From Euglena gracilis (lineage: Eukaryota): a stretch of DNA of 64,000 bases. Below the pieces are notes generated by a model, which was given only the letters and a program-made list of their open reading frames with translations, did not search any database and was not told the origin of the DNA. The stretch is taken from NCBI GenBank assembly GCA_039621445.1, contig CP154954.1, positions 45,735,847 to 45,799,846 of the forward strand, in the 5' to 3' direction. Position 1 is the first letter of the stretch, and the number at the start of each line of letters is the position of its first letter. Positions 59,201-64,000 of this stretch are shown in pieces. Both the position numbers and the translations under genes were made by a program.

Positions 59201-62189
59201 TCAGAATTACGGTTGGAAGTTTTTGTCAGACCCCCCCCCCGATGTTTTTTCAGAATCACCGTTAGCAAATTTTTGTTGGTCCCCCCCCCCGGGTTTTTTC
59301 ACAAGTGCGGTTGCGAAATCTTTGTTGATGATGCCCCCAGTGGTTTTCTCGGAATTGCCCCCGGGTTTTGCGGTATTGCAGTATTTAAATTTTTGTCAAA
59401 CCCCCTGGGTTCTTGTTCAAAATCACATTTGCTATTTTCATAAATACGGGTTGTAAATTTTTGTAGCACTCCTTGGGTTGGCAAATTTTGTTGGACCCCC
59501 CCTGTCTTCCCCAGATGTACAGTTGGTAATTCTTCATTGGCATCGCCCCTGGGTTTTTCAGAATTACCTTTGGCAAAAAAATTCTTCTGCTCCCTGCTTT
59601 TTTTTTTCAGACACAGTTTGCCAATTTTGTCGGTCCCCCCCCCCCGGGTTTTTTGTTGGAACCCCCCTGGGTTCTTTTTTTCAGAATCACCGTTGGCAAT
59701 TTTTTGTTGGCTGATGTGTTTTCAGAATTACGGTTGGCAAAGTTGAAAAGAAGGGTGGCATTGGTGCTTTCGTTTTGATGCTTGATTGTCTTTTGCATTT
59801 TTTTGGTTCTGCAGGTTCAATTGAGCTTTTTTTGACGGAATTCTAGACTTGCGGCGATTGTGAGCATTTATTGAATTTTTTTGTTGCTCTCAACTTTTTT
59901 GCTTTGTCTCTCAATGTGCCAAAAAAAAAAAACAGCAGTTAAAAATCAAACAGCAGCAAAAAAAAAAAGGCTCAAAAGTTTTCCATGATTTTGCATGCTA
60001 AAGATCGTAAAAAATTTTGTTGCACCCCACACCACCACATTCATTAGAAGTACGACACCGCGGGCTCCGCACTTCCCTTTTGAGGCCATGCCAAGTAGCT
60101 TCCCAGGTTTTCCCTTTGACAAATACTTTCAACAAACTCGGCAAAACCCCCACCTCCTTTCTTTCATGTCAATGTTGAGACCCCCCCGGAAAAAAGGGCC
60201 AGACAAAAAACTTCCTTCCCAGACCCGAATTAGAAATGTCAAAATTTTAAAAAATCGCCCTTTTGGAGCCCTCGTCTGCCAGGGAATTTTCTTTTCGACG
60301 ATAAAACCAAAGATAAAAAATTGAAAAATCAATTTCATCTTCGACCTCCATAACCCGCCTTCTTTGAAAAAAAAAAGGGAGGGGGAAAAAGGGGGAATTT
60401 TAATAAATTCAGGTTTTAAATAATCACCCTTTCTGACGCCCCGAAAAAAAAAAGGCTGGCGCCTTTCGCAAAGGCGGGTAGCTTCGAAAAAGGCACGGGA
60501 AAAAAAGGACGCCCCAAAAACAGCCTGAAAAACACTGCGGGCAGCCTCCCATGAGAATCATCGGCTTCCCTCCCTCCCGCTCTCTTCGAAATTGCGCGGA
60601 TAGCGGACTCTCCAAGGAAATGAATGCGTTTAGTCCCGCGCGAAGCTGTGCCCCCTCAAGCGGAGGCCGCCTCGTAGGTCTTTTTTGGGCACTGGCCAAT
60701 TCTAAAAACGCAGCGGCGGCTCTGAAACCTCTCTCCAAAACAGTCCCATTCTTTCACCACCGGAGAAAAAGGATAGCTTCACAGCACCTCTCTTCGTTCG
60801 ACCGCAGCATAGCAACAACTGAAACTTAAGACGGACCATTCAAGCTCCGCACTTCGAGATCTCTTTCCTTTGCTGGTTCTTGTGCTTCGCCCTCCTGGTC
60901 CCTTCCTCCCCCTCCCTGTGTCGTGGGAGTCCGATTGAGAATCCAAAATGGGAATCGTTCACGCACCGACTCGCCTTCAAAATCAAACACCTCGGGCTCC
61001 GAAATGGCGATGTTTGGACCAAACTTTGATTTGGGGTGAAAATTTTCTGCACGAGTACATTTGCGTGTACCACCGTCACCGTGTACATTTTGTACATTCA
61101 ACGCCCCCAAAAGTCCCCTGCACCCACTCAAACCTTTGGACAATGTACAATGCACACGTGTAACCCGTTGGAGCACCATGAACACAAACGGTGCACGCTG
61201 GTTAATATATTTTGGATCCTTCAAGGAGCATCCAAGACATGAAAAAAATCGAAAAAGGCCAAACTCGGTTTTCTTTTTCTAGATCCATCAAAATTGAAGA
61301 GAATCAGGACCCAACACAGAATTACAGCTTCAACTGCAAAGTGGCCAACACACAAACCAGGCCCAAACAGAATGTTCATTCTGTGTTGTTTTGCAGTGTT
61401 TGTGAAGTCGTTGAAGCATTTTTACAATCAAAACTTCTTTGTGTTTCATGCATATGCAATATCATTTTCTTCTGTGGCACGCAGATCTGTCATCACAACA
61501 ATCCATCAGATCCTATGAACGTTTTCCTCTGGGTATTTTCTGTACCACCACTCACACACAAACCGAACATTTTCCTTTTGCTCAAATGTGGGTGGTAAAC
61601 CAAATCTTTGCTCAGACATTTGCACGTTGCCTTCGTTGTGGCATCATGCCTATTTGTTTGGCTCTGCTTCTTTTATGTTTTTGTGTTTTGTAAGTGTTGT
61701 AGACAAGTGATATTGCCCTGAGACGTCGTCATGCAAATTTCAAATTGAAATGAAATTAAGTGCACCACTTATGCAAACCTGCTCTTTGTTTGACCTAATC
61801 CTCCAAATAGTGGATTCATTCACGTTTTTGGGGGGTGAGGTCAGAAGTCTTTTTCACTGCTGAGAATTTTTTGCATTCAACAAAATCTATTCTTTTTGGG
61901 TTTTCCCCCTAAAGTGGAACCATTCCTCCTGAGCTGCCTTTTATTTCGCGGAAACACAAGAAGGACGAACCCCAAGAAGGATGTTAAGGCTCGTGGTGGA
62001 AATCATCTCAGGATTATAACCCCCCTCCAATAAGTTCGCAGTGCCCTAATTGTGTGCAGTGTGTGAGTCAGGGGTGCCGTCCCCGAGGAACTGAAAACCC
62101 AGGGACAGGCACCACGGTTACAACAAGTGCCCTAATAAGAGCACACACCCCAGGGGTCTGAAACTGCCACCCTAAAAAGTCCGCACCCC
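53261..62189. mobile_element. Large repeat, copy C (interrupted by LTR element 3)
   Basis: Collinear with copy A up to AAAAAGTCCGCACCCC. Confidence 0.82.
62062..62125. mobile_element. 64-bp TG...CA insertion with an AGTG duplication
   Basis: Absent at the matching site in copy A (29185-29188); internal hairpin GGTGCCGTCCC/GGGACAGGCACC. Confidence 0.75.
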
Positions 62190-64000
62190 AGTGTACGTCT
62201 GATTCCCAATTCCCCTTTCCCAATTCCCAAAAGCCTTCGCTTTCGCCTTGGCGCACCTACTTGGGAACTGAAAATCAGAGTAACAGTGAAAACCCTTTTC
62301 CCACTTCCCAAGAAGCAAAGCACGGAGCAATGCAGGGAGGACGGACTGGAAATCCAAGTCCGGTCCAAGGAAAAGGTATAAGAAGAATAAGAATACCACC
62401 TGTGGAGAGAAGGGGCACCCATTAGGAAATCCTAATAGGATCTGCTTCCATCCTAACTTCCTCAACGGAAGGGGACAGAAGCATACGCCTGGTACACATC
62501 CCCCTCCCAGGGCTATGCCCGATTTCCCCTTTGGACCAGGCATTCTGGCCACAGGGATTTCGGACACAGACCTGGTCTGTGGGAGGTGCACCCTGGCGCA
62601 TCCACAGGGGCCCTTTCCGTCGCACAGGGGTCCACTCAAAGGGGGGGGGCGGAAAGGAGGGGACCCAAAACCCAAAAACCGGCAAATGGGTTTCACCTAT
62701 TCTGCGGTGGCTTATGGGTATATAGTATATTATAGCCCATTGAGGAAAATGGGGCTGGCAGGTTTCCTTGCCAAGCAAACCCATCCACCCAGTTTGGGTG
62801 TGCCCAAGGCACTTGGGGTTGGTCCATGGGCATTCCAGGAAAACCCATGGGGAGGGTGTGGAAGGAGGGGGCCTCTGACCAGTCAAACCTGGGCAGGGCG
62901 CATGGCCAGTCAAACCTGACCACGCAAAAGGAAATCCTACTCTACAAAACCAACTGCCGGCGACAGCATTTGCCCCGGGGGGGAAAGTAGAGAGGAGTGG
63001 GGGGTTGGCTTAGGCCAGAAAAGTTGTGCTGTCTGGCAGCCTTAAGGCCTCAAACGGCCGAAAAGAAAAGAAAGGGAAAGGAAAAGGGGCCGTCGGCCCT
63101 GTGCGCTGCGTGTCGCACGCCCGCGAGAGGGGAGAGGGGAGAGGGGTGTGCATGCATGCGCACGGAATCCTGCACATGGCAGCATCCCGGTGGGAACTTA
63201 CTAGCGGCGAATACCGCAAAGGGTCTTCGAAGGGGCTGTTCGGGCGAATACCCAAACAGGGTGTCAGGCGAATACCTGACGAGGGTGCTGAAAGACGCCG
63301 CATTGGCGCTGACAGAGACACCTCACCTGCCTTTATTGGCTGGACGTTCGCGGACCTCACGCCAGTAGTCGTGTTGGGGGTCCCCTAATGGGTCCTCAAC
63401 CAACTCCAGTTGGCGTGGGGAACGCGGCGGAGCTGATTCACTCCGAATGGTGTTGAGCTCCGGATCGTTGACATCAAAGGAAGGGGTCTCCCAGTCCTTG
63501 ATCCAATTATCCGGCAGCTTCTCCCTGGTACGTTCAGCATGATGCTGAAGATACCGTTGGAGTTGCTCCCAGAAAATTCTGGGCAGCATCACCGGCCAGA
63601 TGATGTAATTCATCCGGGGGTGATTCGCAGGCACCTGCGGGGGCATCCCCGGGGTCTGCTTGAAGTTGATGTCATACATCCACCTCGCTGTCCGAACTCT
63701 TGCGGTATGGGGCCGTAATACAGCCGCCAACCAACCTCTGAAGTCCACCAAATCGTGTTCTTCAGGAGGCCACAGTGGCAAGGCGTATCCGCCATGCTGA
63801 CGCTTGGAGAACAGGGGGTAAACCTGTGTCTCCCAGTCGCCATCAGTCCAGAGGTAAGGCATTCTTACCTTGGCGTGTTCCTCGACGGCGAGGCGCATTG
63901 CCCCAGCGTCGATCTGGAACTCACGGGCCATTCCCGTGTGGCGGTAGCTTTCTACCTTTTTGAAGTCGGAGTGCTTCAGGCGTCCTTCCACCTGCTTGTA
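62190..64000 (-). mobile_element. 3' end of LTR element 3 (LTR 62190-62498, PPT 62499-62508, 3' UTR, ORF3 C-terminus)
   Basis: Same termini and PPT as elements 1 and 2; shared 3' UTR blocks; empty site near 29245 in copy A. Confidence 0.9.
63323..64000 (-). CDS. C-terminal part of the ORF3 homologue of element 3 (runs off the window)
   Basis: YRHTGMAR..QID.GA.RLA, PYLW, LP.WPPE.H, WL.AVLRPHT, PQV.ANHPR.NY.IWP..LPR.FWE.LQ and LVEDPL..HDYWR are shared with element 2. Confidence 0.85.
   Translation of the reverse strand, partial: YKQVEGRLKHSDFKKVESYRHTGMAREFQIDAGAMRLAVEEHAKVRMPYLWTDGDWETQVYPLFSKRQHGGYALPLWPPEEHDLVDFRGWLAAVLRPHTARVRTARWMYDINFKQTPGMPPQVPANHPRMNYIIWPVMLPRIFWEQLQRYLQHHAERTREKLPDNWIKDWETPSFDVNDPELNTIRSESAPPRSPRQLELVEDPLGDPQHDYWREVRERPANKGR

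Overview
Repeat-dense eukaryotic DNA, most likely from a euglenid, inferred from its stem-forming non-GT-AG introns. It contains no recognisable housekeeping gene. (1) Three members of one Ty3/gypsy chromovirus-like LTR family share atypical TGTGTAC...GTACACT termini; the first two have tRNA-iMet primer sites and matched 5-bp TSDs. They are a gag-only copy (2332-13034, minus), a near-complete copy (30787-48729) and the 3' end of a third copy (62190 to the window end). The near-complete copy has a ~1350-aa coiled-coil Gag and a Pol with a Dam-like adenine-methyltransferase domain between protease and RT, plus a C-terminal chromodomain. It also has a ~1800-aa extra ORF3 with Zn/RING-like motifs that is conserved in the third copy. 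Its 3' LTR has been inverted after insertion. (2) An intact 585-aa BED-finger hAT transposase (892-15360, minus) is split by 12 hairpin introns that all follow one +4/-6 pairing register; the gag-only retroelement sits in intron 7. A second hAT fragment has different intron positions. (3) An unclassified repeat of at least 8.6 kb occurs three times with an identical left end, along with many MITEs, foldback palindromes and minisatellites. All calls were made by eye; the frameshifts in homopolymer runs may be sequencing errors.
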